Of a stretch of DNA of 64,000 nt, positions 29,081-39,296 are shown one piece after another. Under the pieces are notes generated by a model. That model saw only the letters and a list, made by a program, of their open reading frames with translations. It made no database searches and was not told the origin of the DNA. Source of the DNA: an uncultured Gemmatimonadales bacterium (GTDB lineage Bacteria; Gemmatimonadota; Gemmatimonadetes; Gemmatimonadales; GWC2-71-9). The DNA is taken from positions 2,464,001 through 2,528,000 of the forward strand of contig CAWHFW010000005.1 of assembly GCA_963828735.1 (NCBI GenBank). The letters are read 5' to 3'. Both the position numbers and the translations under genes were made by a program. Position 1 is the first letter of the stretch; every line of letters starts with the position of its first letter.

Positions 29081-31786
29081 TCACCTCCCAAGATGCGCCA
29101 GTGCCCGGCGAATCGCCGTGGTATCGCCGTGCAGGGTATCCAGCCGGAAGAGCACGTCCTGCAGGCCGGCGCGCAGGGCCTCGAGCTCCACCAGGGCGCG
29201 CTCGGGTTGCAGGGTGATGCGGTGGCCGGTCTGCTGCAACGCCACCAGCGAGTCCGGCGGCCAGTCCGCGGGCCAGAGCCCCTCCAGGATGTGGATGGCG
29301 CGCTCGAGCCGCGAGAGTGTAGAGGGTACGCCGTCGAGCAGCGAGTCATTGCGGCCGACCGGCAACTCGACCTCGAGGGTCGAGGTCGTACGGATGTCGG
29401 CCTCCGGCACATGGATCACGATGCTCGCCGCGTTGCCGTCATAACTCCAGCCAGGGGCGGGCGGAACCGGCTCGGCGTCGGGCCCGCCGGCGGAGGTCGC
29501 AATGGCAAGCTGCTGGGCCGCGTCCGCTCCCCGCTTGCCGCCGGCGTAGCGGATTTCTGCTCCGTTCCACAGCACGCGCTGCGGGGGCCAGCTGTCCACC
29601 AGCTGGATTACGTACCCGCGCCACGCTGGGAGCCCCTCGAAGTCGCCGGTGGTTGGCCCGATGTGCAGGTGCACCGTGCCATCGGCGTCACGCCGCTGGC
29701 TCACGGGCGTCCACGCGAATTTCCCGCTCTGATAGCCCAGGTCATCACCGGCGTCCTGGTAGACACGGGTGTCCCCCGAATCGCCTGGGAAGACGGTTAG
29801 GGCGAGCAGGTCTTTCGGCTGCGCGTCGCTGCGGAGCGCCGTGGTCGCCATCGGGACGAGGGCGCCGGCCCGGACGTACACCGGTACCTCGTCCAGCGCG
29901 AACGTACGGCTGACCACCGCGGGCCCGTGGAGGCGCGTGCCGGTGGACCACTCGTACCAGTCGCCCGGCGGCAGCCACAGGCGCTGGTGTGCGAGCAGCG
30001 TGTCGGGTGACATCGGCGCGGTGATCGGCCGCACGATCATGTCGGGGCCGAAGCCGTACTCGTCCGCGAAGTCGTATGCCGCGCTGTCCGCCGGCCAGTC
30101 GTAGTACAGCGGATGCACGAGGGCCACGCCCGTATCGTGCGCATGCCGTGCCGCGGTGTAGATGTACGGGATCATGGCGTAGCGCAGCATGAACGCTTGA
30201 CGCATTACCCTGAAATACTCCGTGGGGTATGCCCAGATGCGCCGCTCGGCATCGGGATTCTTCGTGGTATGCGTGCGCAGGATCGGGCTGAAGATGCCGA
30301 ACTGAATCCAGCGCGTGTACAGCTCGGGCGAGACCTCTCCGTTCAGGTGCCCGCCGATGTCGTGGCTCCAGTAGCCGAAGCCTACGTTCGCGGCGGTGGC
30401 CGTGAAATACGGCTCGAAGGCGAGCGCGTCCCACGTGGAGTACGTATCGCCGGAGAAGCCGATCTGGTAGCGGTGGTTGCCCAGCCCCCCCCAGCGATGG
30501 AAGATCAGTGGACGCGCCTTGCCCTCCGCCTGCATGTGCGTGAAGAAGAGGTAGTTGACCCACCAGGTCGGGTTGAGCCCGGCCACGGCAGTCGTGTCCC
30601 ACTGCTGCCAGTCCAGCCACCAGAAATCCACGCCCTGCCGCTCGAGCGGAGCGATAATGTCCTTGAAATAGGCCTCGGCGAAACGCTTGTTCGTCGGCCG
30701 GAACGGGACGTACCGCTTGGTGGCGGGATCGATCCCCATGTCCCGCGCCATCTCGGGGTAATGCGTCTCCCATGGCTGAATGCCGCCGGCGGGATGCAGG
30801 TTGAGGGGCGTGCGCACGCCCTGCCGCGCTGTCCAGTCGAGGAACCGTTCGGGATCCGGGAAATAGGCGGAGTTCCAGGAGTATCCGGTCCACCCCTTGG
30901 CCTGTCCCGCCTGGTCCTGGGGCGCGTTCTCCCAGCGCAGCTCGAACGTGTTGTGCCAGTCCATGTCGATCACGAGCACGTCGAGCGGCACGTCGAACCG
31001 GTCGAACTGGCGGACGAGGTCCGTGAACTCCTGGTCGGTGTAGGCCCAGTAGCGCGACCACCAGACGCCGAACGCGAAACGTGGCGGCATCGGCACCCGA
31101 CCGGCCACCTTGATGAAGTCGGCCAGCCCGCCCTTGTAGTCGTGGCCGTAGCCAAAGAAATAGAGGTCCTGGCGCTCGCCCGCGGGCCGCGCCACGACCC
31201 AGGGCCATGGGCTCTGGTCGAACAGGGGGCGCTGGCTGTCGTCCAGCACGGTCCAGCCCGCGCGCGACAGCAGGCCGGGCTCCAAGGGGACGGGACCCTT
31301 GGCACCGTCCAGCGTGCGCGTCGTGCCCTTGAGGTTGGCACTGTCCGACTCGCCCGGGCGCCAGACGACGTCGCGCCCGTCCACGCGCAGCCGCACCTCG
31401 AGGTTGCCGGGGCGGAAGCGCCCGCTGCCGCGCCTGTAGCGCAGCGTGAGGTCGTCGGTCTGAACCGTAAGCCAGCTGCCGGCGCGGCGCACGGTGTGGT
31501 GTGGGACGGCGAGGCGCCGGTGGATGAAGACGAGCGACGCCCGCTTCTCGAAGTGTCCGTCCGCGCTCCATTCCATCCGCACCAGCCGAGGCGTGAGCAT
31601 GGTGAAGCGCGCGTGGCCCTCGACGACCGTAGCCGCCGGGTCGGCCACCGGATCAGCCGTGGCGACCTGTGGCGCCATCAAGGCAGCGGGGGCTTGCGGC
31701 CGCGACGGCGTCTGGACCGCTGCGCCCGTGGCGGCTGGCGTCATGAGCGCTAGGGCACCAAGGCTGACCAGCGCCAACGTACGCAT
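29081..31786 (-). CDS. glycoside hydrolase family 31 protein
   Basis: VIDMDWH, FWWLDWQQ, GFSGDT and WSHDIGGH motifs; signal peptide; AGGAGG RBS. Confidence 0.92.
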   Translation of the reverse strand: MRTLALVSLGALALMTPAATGAAVQTPSRPQAPAALMAPQVATADPVADPAATVVEGHARFTMLTPRLVRMEWSADGHFEKRASLVFIHRRLAVPHHTVRRAGSWLTVQTDDLTLRYRRGSGRFRPGNLEVRLRVDGRDVVWRPGESDSANLKGTTRTLDGAKGPVPLEPGLLSRAGWTVLDDSQRPLFDQSPWPWVVARPAGERQDLYFFGYGHDYKGGLADFIKVAGRVPMPPRFAFGVWWSRYWAYTDQEFTDLVRQFDRFDVPLDVLVIDMDWHNTFELRWENAPQDQAGQAKGWTGYSWNSAYFPDPERFLDWTARQGVRTPLNLHPAGGIQPWETHYPEMARDMGIDPATKRYVPFRPTNKRFAEAYFKDIIAPLERQGVDFWWLDWQQWDTTAVAGLNPTWWVNYLFFTHMQAEGKARPLIFHRWGGLGNHRYQIGFSGDTYSTWDALAFEPYFTATAANVGFGYWSHDIGGHLNGEVSPELYTRWIQFGIFSPILRTHTTKNPDAERRIWAYPTEYFRVMRQAFMLRYAMIPYIYTAARHAHDTGVALVHPLYYDWPADSAAYDFADEYGFGPDMIVRPITAPMSPDTLLAHQRLWLPPGDWYEWSTGTRLHGPAVVSRTFALDEVPVYVRAGALVPMATTALRSDAQPKDLLALTVFPGDSGDTRVYQDAGDDLGYQSGKFAWTPVSQRRDADGTVHLHIGPTTGDFEGLPAWRGYVIQLVDSWPPQRVLWNGAEIRYAGGKRGADAAQQLAIATSAGGPDAEPVPPAPGWSYDGNAASIVIHVPEADIRTTSTLEVELPVGRNDSLLDGVPSTLSRLERAIHILEGLWPADWPPDSLVALQQTGHRITLQPERALVELEALRAGLQDVLFRLDTLHGDTTAIRRALAHLGR

Positions 31787-31809
31787 GCCGCGACCTCCTG
31801 TGCTACTTG

Positions 31810-31920
31810 GCCGGCGCCGCTCCGTCGTTGCGCACGATCTTGCGCCCTTCATGACGAAGCCGACTCGCCGCACTGCGGTGACGTCCACCCTCGGGTCTCC
31901 ATCGGTCGCGACGATGCCGT
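31810..31920 (-). pseudogene. C-terminal scrap of an amidohydrolase family gene
   Basis: IVATDGDPRVDVTAVRRVGFVMKG. Confidence 0.55.
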
Positions 31921-32052
31921 TCGGCATCCTCGGGCGGTGCTAGTGGTTGGTATGGTCATTTCCATGGTCGCGCCAGTCAACCCCGGGCGGGACTCGCAGC
32001 GCCACTCGGATGGTAAGCCCGGTCCAGCTGCCAGCTACCCTGTGTAGAAGGC

Positions 32053-32281
32053 GGCAAGGTCCGACACTTGAGCAAGTAAAGCACGGGCAAGAGTCCGGCA
32101 TCAAATCCAGCAACTCCGCATCGGGTGACACGAGCTCGGTGAAGGGTGCAAATTGCCGGAGTTCGGGCGGTACAACGGCCCCTCTGGATCAGGAGAGTCC
32201 TGGTTCACCTGCGGTGGCCTTCGGCTCGAGCCCAGGAGGGGCAACTGAAAGCGCGATGGCTGCTGGCAGCCATCGCGCTTC
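32053..32281 (+). repeat. att-like junction with 21-nt T-loop insert
   Basis: Left arm with several 1-nt indels, core at 32182, insert 32206-32226, second terminator type. Confidence 0.9.
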
Positions 32282-32530
32282 TCCTTGCTCACGGCCTCAT
32301 CCAGCGATGGCTCTGGCAGACGTTCGAACTCGGCGACCTAGCGCATCCGAGGCATATCCTTCCGCGCGGTCGCCCAGAGGCGTCTGAACGTGTGCCAGAG
32401 GCTTTCTGCGGGCTTCTCCAGGCCGCCGCAACGGAACGGGGCCTCGTTGAGTTACCACACGGCCACGTGCCAGGCGACTGGCCCACTGTGATGCCGCCGG
32501 CGCTGGGGTGCGGGAAGAGCAGGGACGGGC

Positions 32531-32923
32531 CTAGGCTCCCGGCATGTGGTAGAAGAACTGCTCCCGGACGATCTTCCCGTCCTTCACCGTGTAGAGCGCC
32601 ATCTCGCACAGCTGCATCCGTTGGCCGGATTGCTTGACGGTGAAGTCGAAGTCGAACCGCACGGCGAACTGGCCCTCGCCCACGAACGGCCCGATCGCCT
32701 CGGCCTTGTGGATCTCGTTGTTCTCGACCCACCGCTCGTTCTTGCCCCGGATTACGTCGATGCCGCGCATCTCCGCGGGCTTCTGCGGGCTGTCGATGGG
32801 CTCCACGCTCACAATGTCCTTCGAGTAGAGCTTCGCGACGGCGTCGAGGTACTTTCCGGCCCGGCAGAGGCTGACCAGCTCCTGGGCGACGGTGGCGCTA
32901 GAGGCGGGGGCGGCGGTAGGCAT
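32531..32923 (-). CDS. SnoaL-like / NTF2 family protein
   Basis: LYSKDIVSVEP...EMALYTVKDGKIVREQFFY; AGGAG RBS. Confidence 0.88.
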   Translation of the reverse strand: MPTAAPASSATVAQELVSLCRAGKYLDAVAKLYSKDIVSVEPIDSPQKPAEMRGIDVIRGKNERWVENNEIHKAEAIGPFVGEGQFAVRFDFDFTVKQSGQRMQLCEMALYTVKDGKIVREQFFYHMPGA

Positions 32924-33242
32924 GGTCTCACTCCTGAAATGGGTGCTTCCGGTATTTTAGTCGGTGCCTGAGCAGGCGCCACTCCCTGGTGGGATGCCAT
33001 GGATCGGCGTCCTGGTTGCCAGCAACCGCCGGAACGGCTTGGTGATACCGTGCAGCACCCGAGCGAACAGAGCTGGGAGCCGGGAATCACCGCGTGGACC
33101 TGTTCCACCGCCGCCTTGGGTGAGCCCGTGGTCTTGGCGCCGCCGGCAACGAGGGCGGGGGACTTTGACCTGCTTCGCCCCGTCGAGGATTGGTCCGGTC
33201 ATGACAGGCGGCTCGACGAGACGAAGGGGACTTAGTGGGTCC

Positions 33243-33464
33243 GGCAAACTCCGACATTTGAGTGAGTAAAGGACAGCAAAGTCCGACATGGAAGCCGCAA
33301 AGTCTGGCAGCGGGTGGCGCGAACTCGCGTAAATGGTGGCAAGTTGCCGGAGTTTGAGCGGTTACAGCGGCCACTCTGGATCAGGAGAGTCCTGGTTCAC
33401 CTGCGGTGGCCTTCGGCTCGAGCCCAGGAGGGGCAATGCCCACCGTGGCAACGGTGGGCATTTT
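33243..33464 (+). repeat. att-like junction with 21-nt T-loop insert, third terminator type
   Basis: Core at 33374, insert 33398-33418, AATGCCCACCG..CGGTGGGCATTTT. Confidence 0.9.
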
Positions 33465-33481
33465 CTTTGGGGCCCTCCGGA

Positions 33482-36157
33482 TCACCGCGCCTCCAGTTGC
33501 GCCACCCAGATGTCGCTTTCTTGGTCTCCGATGGTGCAGTAGAACGTTCGGCCGTCGGTGCTGAAGCCGTAGCGGATATGCTGGCGGGTGGGGTCGTCGA
33601 ATCTCACCAGCAGTCGCGAAGTGCCACCCGTCACCGGTACCGACCGGATCGACGACCCGAGTGGACCCTTGGCTACATAGTAGACGGTCTTCCCGTCGGG
33701 CGACCACGCAGCGAAGAAGGCCTCTTCGCCCGTCGACGTGTTAGGCACGATCAGGCGCGAGGCGCCGGCGGGTGACATTACCTGCAGGCCCTGCGAACTG
33801 TGGAAGGCGATCAGATCCTCGGTCGGTGACCAGTGCGCGAAATCCCCTGCGACCGGGATGGTCCGCATTGCGCTCCCATCCAGTGGAACGAGAATAAACG
33901 TCGAGGCGGCAAGGTAAGTCGAAGTAGCTCCGGACTTCTTGTCGGCCGGGATGACCATTCCGACCAGCTCGTGTCCGTCTGGCGACCACGCCGGGTCGAG
34001 CTCGTGCGCCGGGCTGCTGGTACGTTGGATTACCCCGGATCCGTCGGCCGCCATCGTGTAGAGATCGCGATTCCCGGTACGTATGGAGTGGAACGCAATC
34101 TGGTGCCCGTCCGGTGACCAGGCAGGGCTGTAAGCGCCGGCCGAATCGGTGGTGAGCTGAATCGCTTCTCCTCCGGCCGCCGGCATCTTGTAGATCTGCC
34201 AACTGCCGTTGCGGTCCGAGTTGAACACCAGCCACCGCCCATCCCGGGAGACATCGACGGTTTCGATTGTCTGGTCGCCCGTCGTCACCGGCCGTGCCCC
34301 GGCGATCGACACGGCCCTCGAGGTTGGAACGGGTATGGACCAGATGTTGGAAAGCGTGCGAAAGCGCGCATAGGCGAGTCGTCGCCCGTCAACGGAGAGG
34401 CTGATCGTGTGGGCGTCGGCCCCGGTGGTGAGCCGTTCCGTCTCGCCGGCCGGCGCGCCCGATGCATCGAGGCGGACTCGGTAGACGTCTCGGCTCCCAC
34501 CCCGATCCGAGACCCAGAACAGATGCCGACCGTCTGGGGCCCACTGCGGGCTAATGTTCAGATGCTGGTCTGCGGTCACCCGGATGGCGGGACTGCCGTT
34601 CACGGGCAGCACCCAGATGGAAGAGGGGAACTCATTTCCGAAGTAGACACTGCCAAAGACGAAGTCGGGATTGTCCGCTACGCCCGCGAGGCGGGTACCA
34701 TCGGGGGACCAGGTTAGCGAGTGCACGTCGCGCACCCCGGTGAGGTGGGTGGCTGCCCCTTCCCCGATCGGTACCACCGTAACGTCACGGCCGATTCCAG
34801 TACTGTAGGCGATGCGTCGCCCGTCAGGCGACCACGCGAATCCACGGAGCCGGGTGAACGCGCTCGTGGTTGACTCCGCGAGCTGAGCCTCGAGCCGCAC
34901 CACAAGCCGTGGTTGCCCCCCGAGCGCCGGCACCACCGCGATGCCGTCTTCGCCCTGATACGCGATTCGCGACCCGTCTGGTGACCACCGAGGCCAGCGG
35001 TACCCCTGAGAGGAGTCAGAGGTCAGCGCGATGGTGCGCCCGCCACCGACCTGGCGGACGAAAATCTGCATTCGTGTAGGCGGACCCGCAGCGTACGCGA
35101 CCAGACTGCCGTCGGGTGAGAGCGCGGGATCGACCTCCAGCCCCGGATCGCGCGTGACCTGCACGGTCTGGCCAATGGTGAGTGCGGAATCGCCGTGGCC
35201 GACGCGCAGGCTGAGGAGCACGGCCGCCGCGATGGCGCCGAGGATTGCGAGGCCGGCGATCATCATCCGCCGCCGCGGCGAACCCTTCGGAATCGCGGGA
35301 GGCGGGAGTGGCTGTTGCGCCGAGAGCGCCTCGGCAAACTGGCCGACCGGGTTGAAGCGATCGGCAGGGTTCTTGGCCAGCGCACGCTCGAGGGCCGCCG
35401 CGACAATGCCCGGCACCGCGGGCCTGATCTGGGTGATGGGAGGCGGGGTCGCGGTAAGATGCTGATGAGCGATGCTCTGAACCGTGGGGCCGGAGAATGG
35501 CGGCTGACCCGCCAGCATCTCGTAGAGAACGCACCCGAGGGCATAGAGATCGGTTCGCCCGTCGACGTCCCTGTCTCCCGCGACCTGCTCCGGGCTCATG
35601 TACGCCGGCGTCCCGAGCGCGAGTCCCGTGCCGGTGAGTCTCTCGGCTCCGGTCGTGCTCACCGCTCGCGCGATGCCAAAGTCCGCCACCAGCGCGTGGC
35701 CGCTCTCGAGCAGGATGTTCTCCGGTTTGATATCGCGATGGATCACTCCGTGTCCGTGCGCGTAGCTCAGCGCGTCCGCTACCTGGCCCGCGATGCGTAG
35801 CGCGTCGTCGAGGGGAAGCTGCTTCTCGCGCTTCAGCCGTTCGCGCAGCGATTCCCCGTCGACGAAGGGCATGACGTAATAAAGGAGAGCGCCGGATGGT
35901 TCCGCCGTACGCCCCGAGTCATACAACGGGAGGATATGGGGATGGCGCAGGTTGGCGGTGGTCGCGATCTCGCGCAGGAAGCGCTCGGGTCCGAGGGCGT
36001 GAACCAGCGCGGGTCGGAGCACCTTTATGGCGACCTTGCGATCGTGCTTGAGGTCATGCGCGAGATAGACCGTCGCCATCCCGCCCGCGCCAAGCTCGCG
36101 GTCGAGGCGGTAGCGATCGGCCAGGGCGTCCTGAAGTCGCGCTTGGAGGTCGGACAA
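33482..36157 (-). CDS. Ser/Thr protein kinase with TolB/PD40 beta-propeller repeats
   Basis: Kinase motifs, TM helix, many WSPDG repeats; TTG start inferred. Confidence 0.92.
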   Translation of the reverse strand: MSDLQARLQDALADRYRLDRELGAGGMATVYLAHDLKHDRKVAIKVLRPALVHALGPERFLREIATTANLRHPHILPLYDSGRTAEPSGALLYYVMPFVDGESLRERLKREKQLPLDDALRIAGQVADALSYAHGHGVIHRDIKPENILLESGHALVADFGIARAVSTTGAERLTGTGLALGTPAYMSPEQVAGDRDVDGRTDLYALGCVLYEMLAGQPPFSGPTVQSIAHQHLTATPPPITQIRPAVPGIVAAALERALAKNPADRFNPVGQFAEALSAQQPLPPPAIPKGSPRRRMMIAGLAILGAIAAAVLLSLRVGHGDSALTIGQTVQVTRDPGLEVDPALSPDGSLVAYAAGPPTRMQIFVRQVGGGRTIALTSDSSQGYRWPRWSPDGSRIAYQGEDGIAVVPALGGQPRLVVRLEAQLAESTTSAFTRLRGFAWSPDGRRIAYSTGIGRDVTVVPIGEGAATHLTGVRDVHSLTWSPDGTRLAGVADNPDFVFGSVYFGNEFPSSIWVLPVNGSPAIRVTADQHLNISPQWAPDGRHLFWVSDRGGSRDVYRVRLDASGAPAGETERLTTGADAHTISLSVDGRRLAYARFRTLSNIWSIPVPTSRAVSIAGARPVTTGDQTIETVDVSRDGRWLVFNSDRNGSWQIYKMPAAGGEAIQLTTDSAGAYSPAWSPDGHQIAFHSIRTGNRDLYTMAADGSGVIQRTSSPAHELDPAWSPDGHELVGMVIPADKKSGATSTYLAASTFILVPLDGSAMRTIPVAGDFAHWSPTEDLIAFHSSQGLQVMSPAGASRLIVPNTSTGEEAFFAAWSPDGKTVYYVAKGPLGSSIRSVPVTGGTSRLLVRFDDPTRQHIRYGFSTDGRTFYCTIGDQESDIWVAQLEAR

Positions 36158-36250
36158 GTTGGTCGCCAGAGGGAGAGTGCCCAAAAATGAGTTGGCGGGG
36201 ACCCGGTCGCCAGTCGGGCAGCCCTGAAGGGATCTCTTGGAAGGGACTCC

Positions 36251-36507
36251 GGCAAACTCCGGCATGTGAGCGAGTAAGGCCCGGCAATGTCCGGCATCCA
36301 AGCCGGCAAACTCTGGCAGCGGGTGGCACGAACTCGCGTAAAGGTTGCAAGTTGCTGGAATTTGACTGGTTACAACGGCCCCTCTGGATCAGGAGAGTCC
36401 TGGTTGACCTCAAAAGGTCGCCTTCGGCTCACCTGCGGTGGCCTTCGGCTGGGAGCCCAGGAGGGGCAACTCGAAGCGCGGTGGCTGCGTGGCAGCCACC
36501 GCGCTTT
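36251..36507 (+). repeat. att-like junction with 45-nt T-loop insert
   Basis: Core at 36382, insert 36406-36450, second terminator type. Confidence 0.9.
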
Positions 36508-36545
36508 GCCTACTTAGCGGGCGCAGGCCGAGGCGGCGGCGACGG

Positions 36546-38333
36546 TCATCTCTGGTTTCCGACGAAGATCGCCCCGTCGAGCTTGCCCTGCATGTTGGTG
36601 AGGGGCGCGTAGTAGGTGTCGTAGCTCCGGCCGAAGATGGTGGCCTCTCCCCGATACGAGTAGTTCTGCACCAGTGCCTGATAGCTGGCCGACTCGCGAT
36701 CGAGCTTCGTGTTGAGCGCGACTTTGCCCTCGGCGGTGAGCAACGTGGTCTGGATCCGTATAAAGTCCGCGCCGTCGAACGAGAAGATCGTCGCGGTCGT
36801 CATCCGATTGCGCGCATTGAGGACGTGGATGGTCATCATGATGCTCACGACGAGCGCCACCACAAACACCACCGAGAACACGTGCAGGACGGCTTCGTAG
36901 GAGCCCGTGGCCTGATACAGGCGGGCCACCAGCTGTGGGCCGGTGATGCCGGCCAGACCCCAGGCGCTCAACACGTAGCCATGGATGGCGCCCAGCTCCT
37001 TGGTGCCGAACAGATCGCCGATATATGCCGGGAGAGTTGCGAACCCGCCGCCGTAGCAGGTCAGGATCAGGTAGAGCACGAGCTGGAACAGGATGACGCT
37101 GGTGATGTCGGGCAGCACCCAGAACGCGACGACCTCGATGATGAAGAAGGCGGTATACGTGCCCGAACGGCCCAGGTAATCGGATAGCGAGGCCCAGCCG
37201 AGGCGACCGAGGCCGTTGAAGATGGACATGAGCCCGACCACGCCAGCCGCTTGGGCGGGCGTCAGGCCGATGCTTTCCTGCGCCAGCGGGGACGCCGTGT
37301 AAATGATGCCGATGCCACACGAGATGTTGATGAACATCATGATCCAGAGGCCGTAAAACGGGGCTCGCCGGACCGCGGCGTTGGCCGTGAGCTGGGTGAG
37401 GTCGGGAATGACCTTGCGCTTGCCGGCGTCCACGTCCGCTTTCATCCTCTCCGGCATCCAGCCCGGAGGCGGGCGCTCGATGTAGCGGGCGGCCGCGAGC
37501 ATGATGACGAGGTAGGCGATCCCGGCGAAGAGGAAAGCCGCCGAGATGCCGGCCGCGATGGCGCTCCGGAAGGGCGCCGTGCCCGCCGACGCCCAGAACG
37601 GCGCCAGCCCCGGATCGGCCTGGCTGCTCTGGAGCGCGGCCAGCGTACCGGCCGCGTCCCGGGCCTGCTTCTCGGGCAGCGAAGCCAGGACCTTCTCGCT
37701 CCGTCCATCACGCACCATGCTCAAGAATTCCGGGAGCTCGATCGCCGCCGTGGACGAATCGTGGAGGTGCATGTCCTTTAGGATGGTTTTCGCGGCGTTG
37801 TAGTTCGCGACGCCGTGGCTATAGGTGGACTCGGAGAGACCAAGCTGCCCGGCGGCCACCCGGGACATGATGTAGTTGCAGACCGGACCTCCGATGGCGG
37901 CCCCGAAGCCGAAGCCCATGATAGCCAGCCCGGTGGCTAGACCCCGGCGGTCGGGAAACCACTTCACCAGGGTCGAGACCGGGGTGATGTAGCCGATGCC
38001 GAGTCCCATGCCGCCCAGGATCCCGTATCCCAGCCACAGCACCTGGATCACGCCCAGCTTCACGCCGAGGCTGGCGACCAGGAGCCCGGTACCCCAGAGG
38101 GCGGCCGCCACCGTGCCCGAGGTGCGCGGTCCCCGGCGCTCGACGAAGCGTCCCATGACGGCAGCCGACATTCCCAGGAAAAAGATGGCGAGGCTGAAGG
38201 TGATGGCCACATCGCTCTTGGTCCAGCCGAACGCATTCTCGAGTGGCAGGTTGAAGACGCTCCAGGCGTACACCGATCCGATGGAGATGTGAATGCCGAC
38301 GGCCGAGAGCGCGATGAGCCAGCGATTCTTCAC
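36546..38333 (-). CDS. OFA-family MFS transporter fused to a C-terminal Cache-like domain
   Basis: GSVYAWSVF, LVKWFPDRRGLATG, FNGLGR; tail ATIF...DFIRIQTTL...YRGEATIFGRSYDTYYAPL...GAIFVG. Confidence 0.85.
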   Translation of the reverse strand: MKNRWLIALSAVGIHISIGSVYAWSVFNLPLENAFGWTKSDVAITFSLAIFFLGMSAAVMGRFVERRGPRTSGTVAAALWGTGLLVASLGVKLGVIQVLWLGYGILGGMGLGIGYITPVSTLVKWFPDRRGLATGLAIMGFGFGAAIGGPVCNYIMSRVAAGQLGLSESTYSHGVANYNAAKTILKDMHLHDSSTAAIELPEFLSMVRDGRSEKVLASLPEKQARDAAGTLAALQSSQADPGLAPFWASAGTAPFRSAIAAGISAAFLFAGIAYLVIMLAAARYIERPPPGWMPERMKADVDAGKRKVIPDLTQLTANAAVRRAPFYGLWIMMFINISCGIGIIYTASPLAQESIGLTPAQAAGVVGLMSIFNGLGRLGWASLSDYLGRSGTYTAFFIIEVVAFWVLPDITSVILFQLVLYLILTCYGGGFATLPAYIGDLFGTKELGAIHGYVLSAWGLAGITGPQLVARLYQATGSYEAVLHVFSVVFVVALVVSIMMTIHVLNARNRMTTATIFSFDGADFIRIQTTLLTAEGKVALNTKLDRESASYQALVQNYSYRGEATIFGRSYDTYYAPLTNMQGKLDGAIFVGNQR

Positions 38334-38373
38334 GGACCCTCCTCGAGGAGTGCTCAGGATAGGCCCCCCGGGC

Positions 38374-38437
38374 TTCGAGCCCAGGAGGGGCAACTCGGAA
38401 CGAGATAGGCACTTAAGGAGCTATCCCGTTTCTCTTT
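38374..38437 (+). repeat. partial junction starting at the T-loop
   Basis: TTCGAGCCCAGGAGGGGCAA then imperfect hairpin and T-rich tail. Confidence 0.8.
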
Positions 38438-38564
38438 CGGGAAATGGCCTGTGGCTCGGCGACGGTGTGAAGCGCCTCCCCACACCCTCCCGGCAATCTT
38501 TACAAGAGAATGTGGAGAGCGATGACCCGCTTCCCGTCGAGCGGCACTTCCCGCTCGTTTCCGC

Positions 38565-38745
38565 TCAGGCGGCGGCGCTGAACCCGGAGAAGATGAACCG
38601 GTACGCCTGGTGTGAAGCGTCGTACTCGGTGTGGAACCTGGTCGGATGCGCGCCGGCCAGCCCCGGGACCTCGGGGATCGGGAAGTCGAACGACTTTTTC
38701 TCCATCAGCATCGCCTTGGAGACCATCGGCTCGACCGGCCTAGAG
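38565..38745 (-). pseudogene. possible C-terminal gene fragment
   Basis: Protein-like EPMVSKAML...HPTRFHTEYD...YRFIFSGF with no convincing start. Confidence 0.35.
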
Positions 38746-39296
38746 CAAGCCAAGTGCGCGGTCTAACGACAGCGCGGGCTGCGCCTTAGCGTCACAACAA
38801 GTCCGCCACGGAACGATCCTGCACCCGTCCGCCAGGGATGCGTCGTGCGAGCGCACGCCACCCCTGATGGCTGCTACTCTCGTTGTAGGAGGTGGGAATC
38901 ATTGGTCGCCGCAGACAGCGGCGGCATGGAGTATACGCAGTTGTACCAGTAGATGGGCTGAGCCCGACCGGAATGCGCCTGTCAGGAGGAGGAACTCGCG
39001 GCCACTTGAGGACCGGGCGAGCGGCTGCTCGGAGAACGGCGGCGTGCCCAGCCGGGGCTGGTGGGATCCTCGGTTCTGTGTGCCGCTTGTGTGCCAACTC
39101 GCCAAAAGGCAGGCGCAGTGGCAACGAGAGGCCATGCATTTGCAACACCGGGCACTGCGTGGTTATTCGAGCATGTAGTGCTCGTTATGCGCGTAAGGCC
39201 CCCACCCCGAGATGACGTAGTATGGACTCACCGACGACAGCCACGATGGGCAAGGACGCCGGGTGAGGCATCGTCGTCAGGGAACCCGAGTGAATC

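Noticed and set aside
29745..31753. Long overlapping ORFs (29745-31571, 30113-31753; likewise 10799-11929, 52237-53694, 61687-63117)
   Set aside because: Shadow frames of well-supported genes in high-GC DNA, with no recognisable motifs.
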